A DNA stretch of 64,000 nucleotides. Origin: a virus. The translations under genes were made by a program, and so were the position numbers. Positions 40,977 through 50,110 of the stretch are shown here, piece by piece. Every line of letters starts with the position of its first letter. The stretch's first letter is position 1. The notes under the pieces were generated by a model, which did no database searches, was not told where the DNA came from, and worked only from the letters and a program-made list of their open reading frames with translations. The stretch lies in the IMG/VR virus record IMGVR_UViG_3300028392_000059, positions 1-64,000 of that record, one strand, 5' to 3'.

Positions 40977-41306
40977 TTACACCTTATCTTGCTTCTTATC
41001 CAACTTAGCGTAAATTGAATCAAGCTTAGTCAGCAAAGGTACCAATGCCTCCTTTAGCTCATTTTTGGTTACGTATTGCTGTGCTAGAAGCAGTTCTAAA
41101 TTGCCAATACGATCTAAGCGTTCAAGTATCTCATGACGAGTCCTGTCGCTTTCTATGTTGGTACGGTACTCAGACACAAGCTTAAGCTCTAGGCTGTTAA
41201 TCCTATTATGGTCTCTTTGCTGCTGTCCCCAGACGGTATTAACCCACCAAGTAACACCAGCAAGAATAATAGCTAACATCCCAGAGAAAATGGTTTGATT
41301 GTCCAT
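40977..41306 (-). CDS. single-TM coiled-coil protein
   Basis: N-terminal TM, then a duplicated LEL.L...Y motif, ends KLDKKQDK. Confidence 0.65.
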   Translation of the reverse strand: MDNQTIFSGMLAIILAGVTWWVNTVWGQQQRDHNRINSLELKLVSEYRTNIESDRTRHEILERLDRIGNLELLLAQQYVTKNELKEALVPLLTKLDSIYAKLDKKQDKV

Positions 41307-42631
41307 CAAAAATTAAATCCTCTAGAAGAAGCTCGCTTAGCCGACCTAATAGGAAATCGGTATTCTGTAGCGTAACGAACACCATCAGAGAAGTGCTCAA
41401 CACCCTCCTTCTTATCGATGGTAGCAGTATTAGAATTATTGTCCACCCACTTTGTACGCTCCATAGAAGATATGAGATTTGTACATTTAGGATCAAAGAA
41501 CATAGACATTTCACCAGCAGCTGTCATTAGCTGAGCATTGACTGCATTAACAGAGTCAATCATACCTGGTGCTTTATTATGTGCTAAGCAGACAATACCT
41601 TGTGATTCTAAGATAGTAAAATCGGATCGACCAACAGGTGCAGAAGACTGACGTCTACGACCAGTAGGATCGGGATAAGCAAATATTTTATTAGTAGGGT
41701 ACCTACCCCGAAGAGCAATAGCAAGCTGTTCTGTATCAGGATGACCCATGAGCTCATCAAGGTAATGTGTTTGTTTACCTCGTATAGCAAATACTGAAGA
41801 AGCTTGGATACCCACGTTAAAGTCGATACCAACATGTACATCTTCTTTCTCGCTGAATGGCTCAAGTGTACGCACATGTTTTTTACGATCAAAACAATAA
41901 AACACACTATTACCAGAGTCTTTGAACTGAGCAAGATACTCAGAGGCAAATGAACGAGGATCAATAGTGTGTCGTAACGATTCAATTTCTACAGGATCTA
42001 GGAAAGGCGACCCTGTATAGTCGTAATGGTAAGATCCCCAAGCAGGATCCTTCTCGCTGTAGTGATGGATTTCATGGAAGAAATCGTAGCCATTAGGTGT
42101 TGACGCGATAAGAGCGCGACCTGGAGAGCGAGCACCATATCGTAAAGCATTTTGTGGGCTCCAACGTGTTGATATGCATGGACGGATAACAGACTCCCAA
42201 GCTTTCTTAGGAGCAATACCACGTGTACATGATGTGATTTCGTCCCAGCCTACAAAGTAATAACCTTTACCACGCATACGCTCAACAGCCTCATAAGACA
42301 ACAAACGAAGCTCTACATTATTTGGTAGAACAAAACGTCCTTGGTCTTGTGAACTCTTAATTGCATACTGCTCAAGGCCCATATCGTAGGCAAGGACAGG
42401 ATAGTAGATATCAGTCACCTGATCATACGTAGGAGCAATAATAGCAACACGTTTGTTAGGGACATCGGCTGGTAATGCCATAAGTTCGAAAGCAGCAGTT
42501 GTTGCAGCTGTAGCAAGGAAGTAGGATTTACCCCAACCACGAGCACAGCAAACAGATATAAACCGATGCTTCATGTCAATAAACATGTCTTCAAAGGCTT
42601 CTGTTTGACCTTCGTGTAAATATACGCTCAT
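41306..42631 (-). CDS. terL: terminase large subunit
   Basis: LHEGQ, Walker A ARGWGKS, Walker B VGWDE, ASTP, GIDFN, HFSDGVRY. Confidence 0.95.
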   Translation of the reverse strand: MSVYLHEGQTEAFEDMFIDMKHRFISVCCARGWGKSYFLATAATTAAFELMALPADVPNKRVAIIAPTYDQVTDIYYPVLAYDMGLEQYAIKSSQDQGRFVLPNNVELRLLSYEAVERMRGKGYYFVGWDEITSCTRGIAPKKAWESVIRPCISTRWSPQNALRYGARSPGRALIASTPNGYDFFHEIHHYSEKDPAWGSYHYDYTGSPFLDPVEIESLRHTIDPRSFASEYLAQFKDSGNSVFYCFDRKKHVRTLEPFSEKEDVHVGIDFNVGIQASSVFAIRGKQTHYLDELMGHPDTEQLAIALRGRYPTNKIFAYPDPTGRRRQSSAPVGRSDFTILESQGIVCLAHNKAPGMIDSVNAVNAQLMTAAGEMSMFFDPKCTNLISSMERTKWVDNNSNTATIDKKEGVEHFSDGVRYATEYRFPIRSAKRASSRGFNF

Positions 42632-42960
42632 TACCGAAACATTCGTTCATACTCTTCAAAAGGCATACTCATTGTAACAGTAAGGCCTTCTTTACGATGC
42701 TTCATACGACGAGGGCTGTCATGAACGCCAGAACAATAACCATTACACATGTCATTACCTGGACGACAGTCTTTGCCACATACAGCAACACCATTCACAA
42801 CTTGATGTGGACCTCTAACAGTAATCTCAACATCATCACCTTTACGGTTAATGCTGACGTATTCAGGATAGAAACTATTAGGTGCTGTATACGCAGCTAT
42901 GTTCTTTAAACCACACATATCACATGCCTTTGCAGAGCAATTACGACAATGATCAACCAT
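42631..42960 (-). CDS. Cys-rich hypothetical protein
   Basis: several CxxC motifs; start uncertain. Confidence 0.55.
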   Translation of the reverse strand: MVDHCRNCSAKACDMCGLKNIAAYTAPNSFYPEYVSINRKGDDVEITVRGPHQVVNGVAVCGKDCRPGNDMCNGYCSGVHDSPRRMKHRKEGLTVTMSMPFEEYERMFR

Positions 42961-43381
42961 CATCATCTTCCTTATCGCCAGTGTGATAAACAACACCTTT
43001 TTGAGTTGTATGGACAACAAAAGCAGGAAGTACTTTCTCTTCAACAACATTATGTTCAGGCACACGGCCATAGCCATAACGAAGGAGATTGTTAGCAATC
43101 CGCTCTTTCTTGTCTAATAGATTGTTAAGTAGATCAGATCGCCATGTTAATGGTTTCTGTGTAGAAGCACTATACACAACGATCTTCCCATCGCGAATGT
43201 CGTATTCACGCTGAATGAGCTGTTCTATCTCACGATACGTCTTAACAAGTTCGCCAATGGGATCATAATTTAACACACGAAGACGATCTTTAGACCTTTC
43301 GCTACCACCATGATAGCGCATAGCCTTTGTACCGTTACCGTATGCTCCTGGTTGTTCAATAACAATGTCTGCAGCTGACAT
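42953..43381 (-). CDS. putative terminase small subunit
   Basis: first late gene; L..L.YDPI..L...Y and LLRYGY pattern; close upstream of terL. Confidence 0.6.
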   Translation of the reverse strand: MSAADIVIEQPGAYGNGTKAMRYHGGSERSKDRLRVLNYDPIGELVKTYREIEQLIQREYDIRDGKIVVYSASTQKPLTWRSDLLNNLLDKKERIANNLLRYGYGRVPEHNVVEEKVLPAFVVHTTQKGVVYHTGDKEDDDG

Positions 43382-43446
43382 GGGACTCGTTTCTCAGTTC
43401 GACGATGGAGGAAAAATCAACTAACAACTAAACTCGACAGAGTTCA

Positions 43447-43462
43447 TTAAGTTAACGGTGTC
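43447..43462 (-). promoter_or_regulatory. putative phage promoter (GACACCGTTAACTTAA)
   Basis: 14/16 match to the motif, followed by TGA as at 43658 and 3089. Confidence 0.65.
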
Positions 43463-43485
43463 GACCAACAATTATGCACATATTT

Positions 43486-43568
43486 CTTTGTACCTTGCAG
43501 TGTACAGTTTGAGAATAACATGAATTTATCCACGTTTGTACCACTTATGGCCTTAGACTTTGTACCTT
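43486..43568. repeat. three direct repeats of TTTGTACC
   Basis: CTTTGTACCTT at 43486 and 43558, TTTGTACC at 43535. Confidence 0.6.
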
Positions 43569-43657
43569 TTAATAGTTATATTATATATTTATATTAAGGA
43601 GGATACATCATCTACAACTTAACATTGAGGGTGAACCCCCCAGCGGGCAGCTAATCA

Positions 43658-43673
43658 TTAATTTAACGGGGTC
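43658..43673 (-). promoter_or_regulatory. putative phage promoter (GACCCCGTTAAATTAA)
   Basis: exact copy of the motif at the start of the late region. Confidence 0.8.
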
Positions 43674-43730
43674 TACCAACATTTGTGCACACATTTTCAA
43701 TACAAAAAATTCGCGTTATCGGCCAGAGCG

Positions 43731-43806
43731 AAAAAAAAAAAAGATTGTGTCCCCAACACACCACTCAACCAACCCGCAATGGGGTCAATCAAATGGTGTG
43801 TTGGGG
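43731..43806 (-). terminator. long hairpin plus U12 closing the accessory region
   Basis: 25-bp uninterrupted helix (6 G-U) at 43751-43806; T12 lies 8 nt downstream. Confidence 0.75.
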
Positions 43807-43811
43807 TTTTG

Positions 43812-44006
43812 TTATTGTGTTTGCGCCGCTAACTTAGCAGCTTGTATTGTCATGTGTTCTGTTACAACACCTTTTGGTGATGCCAACCTAACAGGTGTTT
43901 TTGAATTAAGTTGAAATATCTCCCAACCATTTTTTATTTGTAGTTCGTTGTATGGTCCTTCGTTTATGTCACAACGCCAACCATCAGATGACATCATCCA
44001 ACTCAT
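43812..44006 (-). CDS. hypothetical protein
   Basis: ATGA overlap with the upstream gene. Confidence 0.55.
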   Translation of the reverse strand: MSWMMSSDGWRCDINEGPYNELQIKNGWEIFQLNSKTPVRLASPKGVVTEHMTIQAAKLAAQTQ

Positions 44007-44164
44007 GGTAAAGCTAAACGAGCAACAAGTGCAGCCTTGTATGACGACATAGCAGCTTGCTGAAGATACAGTAGCCGACGATGCTCATTTGAAAGCTCAG
44101 AGGTATTAAGAAAGTTTTTAAGCTTTACAAGCTTGTCAGACAAATCTTCAAGCTCTTTATTCAT
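44003..44164 (-). CDS. crAss001_48/Y16Q-like helical hairpin protein (53 aa, not in track)
   Basis: ELEDLSDKLVKLKNFL...LL..Q..AM..Y...L..RL. Confidence 0.7.
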   Translation of the reverse strand: MNKELEDLSDKLVKLKNFLNTSELSNEHRRLLYLQQAAMSSYKAALVARLALP

Positions 44165-44337
44165 CCCCAGCCCCCAAGCCATAGTTCAAGCACAACAGAG
44201 ACGTATGTAAGTGCACCAAGAATGATACCTGCTTGCCACTTACCTTCTGTAAATGCAATAAGGGTTGCAAAGAAAGCGATAAAGATAAAGAATGCAACTA
44301 TAACCATTGCAAGAATAAGTGCTGCAAGAAGAAACAT
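44161..44337 (-). CDS. small 2-TM membrane protein (58 aa, not in track)
   Basis: hydrophobic; ATGA coupling to the next gene. Confidence 0.6.
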   Translation of the reverse strand: MFLLAALILAMVIVAFFIFIAFFATLIAFTEGKWQAGIILGALTYVSVVLELWLGGWG

Positions 44338-44339
44338 AA

Positions 44340-44543
44340 TTACACCTGTTCGTGATAAACGATGATACCCTTGATAGCATAAATAAGCATCATGGTGTCA
44401 CCAATCAATAGCATAAAGCCAAAGATACCAGTAAACCATTCATCCTTACCAAGTGCATCAAATATTGCATAAATAAAACCCCAACCAAGCAGTACTGCAA
44501 GAACAACACCAATAATCGAAAGTGCGAGAAGAAATACAATCAT
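44340..44543 (-). CDS. small 2-TM membrane protein
   Basis: hydrophobic; AAGGA RBS. Confidence 0.6.
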   Translation of the reverse strand: MIVFLLALSIIGVVLAVLLGWGFIYAIFDALGKDEWFTGIFGFMLLIGDTMMLIYAIKGIIVYHEQV

Positions 44544-44686
44544 TTTTTAATCCTTTTAAATACACAAAACCATGTGTGCTCTCTAAGTGTAAAATTTACA
44601 AGTTCCCAGCCGTCGTCACCAAGTTTATTTAACTCGGTCGTGTATGGTCGGCCTTCAAAACTTACGATCTTATATTCAAACTGCAT
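44540..44686 (-). CDS. DUF4177-like protein (48 aa, not in track)
   Basis: FEYKIV...LNKLGDDGWELV...FKR. Confidence 0.75.
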   Translation of the reverse strand: MQFEYKIVSFEGRPYTTELNKLGDDGWELVNFTLREHTWFCVFKRIKK

Positions 44687-45290
44687 TATGAATTGCAATT
44701 TCAATACCATTTAGTTGTTGACTAATTTCAAGATTGTAGTAAAAGTTGCCATTATGTGAAAACACAACAGGCGCTTTTGGAGAGTGCTTTTGAAGTTCTT
44801 CAATAAGTGTTTCTACTGTATAACGCTTGTCTATAACAATCGAAAACTTTCCACCGTCATCGATAATCTTTACAATACCACACGTGTTAGCTCGAAGTTC
44901 ATTCAACAGCTCTTCAACAGCAGCTGATTCATCTACTACACTAACAGGCTTTTTATCATTAGCCCCACGTGGTGTGTACGACTTAGTTTCAATTTTAGAA
45001 AAATCAAGATCAAAGATCATAATTTCATTAGTGGAATCGCATTCAATAGGTGTTTTTCCAAACTTAAAATCAAGACCTATTGTTCCTGGAATAGCTGGAC
45101 GACACACATAACCACCTTTACTAGTCTTGTAAAAGGAAACAGCTCTCTCTACACTATAAGACTGGCGCTTCTTATAAAGATAGAGCTTTCCATCAATTAC
45201 AGTGCAAAATACGGTGTTGTTTTCATTACCGAAATTTTCATCGGCATAAATTGAAATACCAGCTGTAGTATTAGAAATAAAGAAATTCAT
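44676..45290 (-). CDS. hypothetical protein
   Basis: 204-aa ORF. Confidence 0.65.
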   Translation of the reverse strand: MNFFISNTTAGISIYADENFGNENNTVFCTVIDGKLYLYKKRQSYSVERAVSFYKTSKGGYVCRPAIPGTIGLDFKFGKTPIECDSTNEIMIFDLDFSKIETKSYTPRGANDKKPVSVVDESAAVEELLNELRANTCGIVKIIDDGGKFSIVIDKRYTVETLIEELQKHSPKAPVVFSHNGNFYYNLEISQQLNGIEIAIHNAV

Positions 45291-46000
45291 CAGAAAAGAT
45301 CCTTCAAAGAAATATGAAAACGATACTCTTCAGGAATAATATGCCACACTTTCATAAAGAGTGCACGATTGCCACGTGTGAGTACTTGCATCAAGTCGAC
45401 CTTCTCACGAAGATACATTGAAGCAAATTTAGCATCGGCTTCTGCAATATCACGTGTGTTAGAATACAAATCAGCAAGCTTAATTGTATGCACTTCAGAA
45501 GGTGCACTAGCAAGCCTAACTTTGGAAGCAAACTTACGTTCTGAACGATTACCTTCTTCCATGTCAGACAGATAGCGAACATAAGATGCTACATCAGTAC
45601 CGAACATGCTGCTGATTTCATCATACGTGACACCACAATCTTCAATGACATCGTGAAGAACGGCAGCACACTGCATATCTTCATCACCACCATATTCACG
45701 CACAAGCATCATAACTTCGATGGGATGAACAATATAAGGTTCACCTGTATATTTACGCTGCTGATTTTTATGAGCCTGAGCAGCAAATACAACTGCATTA
45801 TTAACGCGTTCCATAGGTGTCTCCTTTTGTAGAATGTCTTTTACAATAAATAGAGCATCGCTTCCAATATCGCCAATGACATAGCGTAGAATATCACTAT
45901 GCGAATGTTCATCTGTGAAGAATATAACGAGTTCATCTGTTTTATTCGTGAAAACGCTCCCTGGTGGTATAACACCAGGGCATAGTTTAATTTCGCTCAT
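45290..46000 (-). CDS. RelA/SpoT-type HD hydrolase (Mesh1/SAH-like); core starts at 45814
   Basis: AH.NQQRKYTGEPYIVHP, AAVLHDVIED, IKLAD..N. Confidence 0.88.
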   Translation of the reverse strand: MSEIKLCPGVIPPGSVFTNKTDELVIFFTDEHSHSDILRYVIGDIGSDALFIVKDILQKETPMERVNNAVVFAAQAHKNQQRKYTGEPYIVHPIEVMMLVREYGGDEDMQCAAVLHDVIEDCGVTYDEISSMFGTDVASYVRYLSDMEEGNRSERKFASKVRLASAPSEVHTIKLADLYSNTRDIAEADAKFASMYLREKVDLMQVLTRGNRALFMKVWHIIPEEYRFHISLKDLF

Positions 46001-46425
46001 TGTAGCCTCCACACCTCAACAGGAAGGTCGCTCCAAACATCAAAGTAACAGGATACCTCAACAGCTTTTTGAGCAGAGGCACCCATTTCCATTGCGCCAA
46101 GAGCAAAGTCACAACCTGAACCGATAGCAAAGAAATCAGCCTTTAGCGGGCCTGATAGCATTTTATGATCGGTTGCAAAGAAAACATCACCATTTAGATG
46201 TACAGCAAGTAATGAAAAAGCATCAGGTAGAATGAGACTACTGTCCTGTGTTTCGTACCAATTAGCTACATATTCACCACCACCTGGTGTTGTAGAACTA
46301 ACACCAATCAACGTACCGTTTTGTAAACGTTTGATCTTCGATTTACGGCCAATCGGATATTTTGAACCTGAATAAGCTCTTGTATCACCAGCCATAAGAC
46401 CATTTCTATAAGCAATAGTAGTCAT
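45997..46425 (-). CDS. Ntn-hydrolase / proteasome-beta (HslV)-like protein
   Basis: MTTIAY...AGD.R, K, AIGSG..FALGAM..GA.A..AV. Confidence 0.8.
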   Translation of the reverse strand: MTTIAYRNGLMAGDTRAYSGSKYPIGRKSKIKRLQNGTLIGVSSTTPGGGEYVANWYETQDSSLILPDAFSLLAVHLNGDVFFATDHKMLSGPLKADFFAIGSGCDFALGAMEMGASAQKAVEVSCYFDVWSDLPVEVWRLQ

Positions 46426-46426
46426 A

Positions 46427-46762
46427 TCAACCTATCAGTTCAAAAATGTGACCTTTAGCGTTAGTTTCCCAACCTTCAATGTCAGCAATCTTTTCTACAG
46501 TACGCCGAAATGCACGTATTTCGTATTGTTTAAGCGCTTCACGTAAATGCTGAATTATTGTAATATTTTCTGCACAAGGAGCTTGTACATTTAGAAATAG
46601 TTGGCGATCAATCAATGCTCTAATAACTTCTTGTGATGAAGGCCCAGGAGAGTCACCATATTCTGGGTTGATTGTACCATCACAATAAAACATTAGCTGA
46701 TATTTTGTTGATGCTTTTAAATCATCAAGCTCATAATGATGACCTGGTACTATAACTTTCAT
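46427..46762 (-). CDS. Acb2-like anti-CBASS sponge candidate
   Basis: GH.Y...F...G...QEVIRALIDR..FLN...PC.EN..II.HL.EAL....R...R. Confidence 0.7.
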   Translation of the reverse strand: MKVIVPGHHYELDDLKASTKYQLMFYCDGTINPEYGDSPGPSSQEVIRALIDRQLFLNVQAPCAENITIIQHLREALKQYEIRAFRRTVEKIADIEGWETNAKGHIFELIG

Positions 46763-46940
46763 TTGGGTTTCTCCGGTAGGTCTTGGATGATTTGTTTCAT
46801 CTTATCTAAGCAGTGTAGTAACTTTGTTTTAATCTCTGTATTCATTCCACGGTGAATAAGAGCATTGTGAAATCGCCAAAGAACTTCGCTTAAATAACCA
46901 TTAAAAGTTGATACAGCTTCTTCCATAGGATATTCCTTTT

Positions 46941-46968
46941 GAGGGTGATCCTATTAAAGATCACCCTC
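46941..46968. terminator. intergenic hairpin
   Basis: GAGGGTGATC-8 nt-GATCACCCTC perfect 10-bp stem; no U-tract on minus. Confidence 0.5.
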
Positions 46969-46977
46969 TGAAGTTAA

Positions 46978-47391
46978 TTAGTCGAGTGCAGCAAGCTTAC
47001 GCTCAAGTTCTTCAAGAGAAGCTTCCGTAAGCTGTGCATCCTTCTTTGCACCAATAGCATCAAGAAGCTTACGACGCTCTTCAGTACGCTCACGGCGACG
47101 AGCAGCTGCAGTCTTCTCTTCAAGCTTCACAGCAATGATATACTTAACGATTTCAAGCTTAGTCTCAAGCTCAACCTTTTCATCACTGTTAGAGCTAGGC
47201 TTTACGAACGACTCTTCACTAATTTCCTTGAGATTAGCATTGATGCCACGTGCAACGGTATCAAGATTAAACCCATCAGCACTTTCAAGCTTAAGATCCC
47301 AAAGTTGTTCAGTAGTGATAATACCACGAATAGTAGTATAACGGTACTTGTTACGAAGTGCGGTTTCAAACATGTTCATTTTATTCTCCAT
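46978..47391 (-). CDS. conserved phage coiled-coil protein
   Basis: MFE.A.R.K.R....G..T.EQLWDL.L pattern. Confidence 0.75.
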   Translation of the reverse strand: MENKMNMFETALRNKYRYTTIRGIITTEQLWDLKLESADGFNLDTVARGINANLKEISEESFVKPSSNSDEKVELETKLEIVKYIIAVKLEEKTAAARRRERTEERRKLLDAIGAKKDAQLTEASLEELERKLAALD

Positions 47392-47549
47392 TATGAAAGT
47401 TCATATGCATTATCAAAATCACCCCTAGGGTCTACAGTAGCATAAGCATCTGCGTATCCCTCAGAATAATTACAGTCTTCATTTAAACAAACATCTGCTC
47501 TCATTGATTGAGCAAGTGTGTTTTGATTACATTGTGGGCATCTTGTCAT
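47391..47549 (-). CDS. small zinc-ribbon protein (52 aa, not in track)
   Basis: CPQC...CLNEDC. Confidence 0.55.
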   Translation of the reverse strand: MTRCPQCNQNTLAQSMRADVCLNEDCNYSEGYADAYATVDPRGDFDNAYELS

Positions 47550-47767
47550 CAGCTTTTACAATCACAAACAACACATTGAAGATTAATTTCAATGACATTG
47601 ACAGCAGAGTCACGATCAAACATCATATTCTTTACATCTTCAAGTGTACAATCACTGAAATTTTCTTCAAGAGCTACATTGATTGCTTCAACTTCGTTTT
47701 GTGCTTTGACCTCTTTAAGCTTTAATTCATTATCAAAGAAGTCAATATATGCTACGATGTACCTCAT
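47549..47767 (-). CDS. hypothetical protein
   Basis: 72 aa, GAGGA RBS. Confidence 0.6.
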   Translation of the reverse strand: MRYIVAYIDFFDNELKLKEVKAQNEVEAINVALEENFSDCTLEDVKNMMFDRDSAVNVIEINLQCVVCDCKS

Positions 47768-49731
47768 CCGAATACTACCTCAAATGGACGCTTGTCAACA
47801 ACAATTATCGCCGAGTCCTTTTTAGTGGAAGAGAATCCAAGGCCACTAAGCTGGCTCTCTGAAGGAGGACACTTGGTTTTGTCAGCAAGTACTTCAAACA
47901 CCTTGCGATGAGCATCAAGATCGCCACGAAGAAATTCATTATAAATTCCCCGCGCGGCATCGTCTGTCTTGCATCCTTCCAGAAGGAAAAACCAATGCTT
48001 ATTCCCAACAGCATTATCATCCCAATAATTAGGGCTAAGCATGATCGAATTAATATTGACCAGATTTCCACTAGTAAGTCCCCACTTAGTTTGAGCAATA
48101 CCCTCGTTTGTGACATCAGGTGCATTCTTAAGGCTTGTAATTGCATTGTTCTTTACATCGAACGTTGCAATTTCTTGATAACCACGTACAGGTTTGTTAT
48201 ACACAAACTGCTGCTTAGTGCCAATACCCTCAATATCAACAGTACAACCAACGTCAATAGATTCACGAGGTGTGAAGTTATGAACAATGATTTTATATCT
48301 ACCATCAACCATCTTGGTGAAATGAATGTTTTCAACAGCGTCTCGACGATCACCACTAATGTTCATATCAACGTCAAGAATACCATATCGGCCATATTTT
48401 CTCTGATAACTAATACGATCGACCGGTGTTTCAATGTGGATATCAAGGTCGTCTGTGTTGAACCAAGCAAGAGATACACGGAACAGTGCATCAACATTGC
48501 CACCAGCAGCTTTAACGCGAGCCTTTACAGAGTCAGCAACGTTACCGTCGTATGACCAAGCAAAGTTGTTATTCCACTTAAACAAAGGTGCACCCGTCTC
48601 ACCATCTGCTGTAGTGATTGTTACGAAGTTACCAAAATGTTGGGGCTCAACAAGCAGCTGAAGTTCTTTCTTTCCAGGAAGAACGTGCTCAAAGAAATCA
48701 CTAACACTAACCTTTGTAGGTGATTCAATTTTAATATGATTAGCCGGTTTGATCTGATCTGCAAGAAGATCATGAATACCACCCTTCATATTACCAACCA
48801 CACGGTTAGAAACATAAAGAACATTATTCACTGAAACATCAGAAATGTTTGCAAGGCGACGCTTAATATTTACGCCAAGCTTTTCAATCTTTTCTGCCGC
48901 TTCATTGATCATCTTTGTAGTAACAAGAGACTTTGGCCGCTTATAATTTGTAGGCGCAACCATTGCTTCGTACTTACTAACAGCAACTGCAAGATCGGTA
49001 CCCTCGGAGATAGCGACAAGCAGCGTACCAATACTGGTACCACGAATATGCGCAATGTTATTATACTTTTCAAGATTTGCCCACACCCACATTGTCTTTT
49101 GAAATGTTGCGTTGTAAGCAATAAGAGCTTCTCGGAGAGACCTTAACGATCGAATATTTTCCATACCACGATAAATATCGTTATTATTTGTTAGTTCAAT
49201 AACGGTATTAACAGTCTCAACGCTAATTTCATTCAGCGCACGTTGAAAGACATTAAAAGAAGTATTAATGCTACCACGATCAGCATCAGGTTTAACAGAA
49301 TAATGCTTACGACCGACAGCGCCATGGAAGTGATTCCACTTACGCGAAGTCTCAGTGTCGTAATTATATTCAACACCGTATTGGCGCTCCTTAGTACGAT
49401 ACACAGAGACAATAGGTGCTTGACGCACAATGTCGCGCATTGTTTCAGCAACAACATTGTACGGGTACGGCAGTGTGTTGTAATTATCCCAGACAGTAAT
49501 AATTACGTCGCCGTCAATAGAAACAACAGTGCCAAGATTGCGAATGAAATTCTTACAACAGTTACAGTCGTGTTCGGTGCGTTGACGAAATACTTCATTT
49601 GTTCCCTCCGGAAAAGCTGCAAGATACGATGCAAAGATGTCTTGAACGTCTACTTTATAGAGTTCTTGTGAAGACATCTGCGTGTACTGATCATGAACGC
49701 TCTTTGAGAATGTAGGAAAATCAGCCGACAT
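47764..49731 (-). CDS. conserved 655-aa phage protein with YfaP/DUF2135-like domain
   Basis: HDCNCCKNF, VAP.NYKRP, FKW.NNFAWSY, SLAWFN.DDLDIH, LDVDMN. Confidence 0.75.
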   Translation of the reverse strand: MSADFPTFSKSVHDQYTQMSSQELYKVDVQDIFASYLAAFPEGTNEVFRQRTEHDCNCCKNFIRNLGTVVSIDGDVIITVWDNYNTLPYPYNVVAETMRDIVRQAPIVSVYRTKERQYGVEYNYDTETSRKWNHFHGAVGRKHYSVKPDADRGSINTSFNVFQRALNEISVETVNTVIELTNNNDIYRGMENIRSLRSLREALIAYNATFQKTMWVWANLEKYNNIAHIRGTSIGTLLVAISEGTDLAVAVSKYEAMVAPTNYKRPKSLVTTKMINEAAEKIEKLGVNIKRRLANISDVSVNNVLYVSNRVVGNMKGGIHDLLADQIKPANHIKIESPTKVSVSDFFEHVLPGKKELQLLVEPQHFGNFVTITTADGETGAPLFKWNNNFAWSYDGNVADSVKARVKAAGGNVDALFRVSLAWFNTDDLDIHIETPVDRISYQRKYGRYGILDVDMNISGDRRDAVENIHFTKMVDGRYKIIVHNFTPRESIDVGCTVDIEGIGTKQQFVYNKPVRGYQEIATFDVKNNAITSLKNAPDVTNEGIAQTKWGLTSGNLVNINSIMLSPNYWDDNAVGNKHWFFLLEGCKTDDAARGIYNEFLRGDLDAHRKVFEVLADKTKCPPSESQLSGLGFSSTKKDSAIIVVDKRPFEVVFG

Positions 49732-50110
49732 CTGTTTGTTCCTCTAGCTTCGTTGTGTCAAGGCTGTAATGATAAGCAATAATACGCATTCCACTAATAA
49801 ACTTTTCCATAAATAATCCTGCGCTTCGAGCAGCATTGTCATGGACATTTTGAAGCCGTGATAGGAAATCAAGATTATTCGTAGTGGATTCTATACCAGC
49901 CGCATCAACCATAGGCTTCGGTATATTTCTAATACCACACAGCTTATCTTTCCACATATCAATTTGGTCATCAGGAACAAGAACGCCTACAGCACAACGT
50001 AATTTATCATCTGTGAGATAATAACACTTACCAGTTGCTGAGATTGCTGGCTTGCCTTGTGCAAATATCTTTTCAACAACAGTGTCAAACCACTTTTGGT
50101 ATTTATTCAT
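49721..50110 (-). CDS. conserved phage protein
   Basis: QG.PA....C.Y......CAVG.L.PDD...L..LQ.VHD. Confidence 0.7.
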   Translation of the reverse strand: MNKYQKWFDTVVEKIFAQGKPAISATGKCYYLTDDKLRCAVGVLVPDDQIDMWKDKLCGIRNIPKPMVDAAGIESTTNNLDFLSRLQNVHDNAARSAGLFMEKFISGMRIIAYHYSLDTTKLEEQTDVG

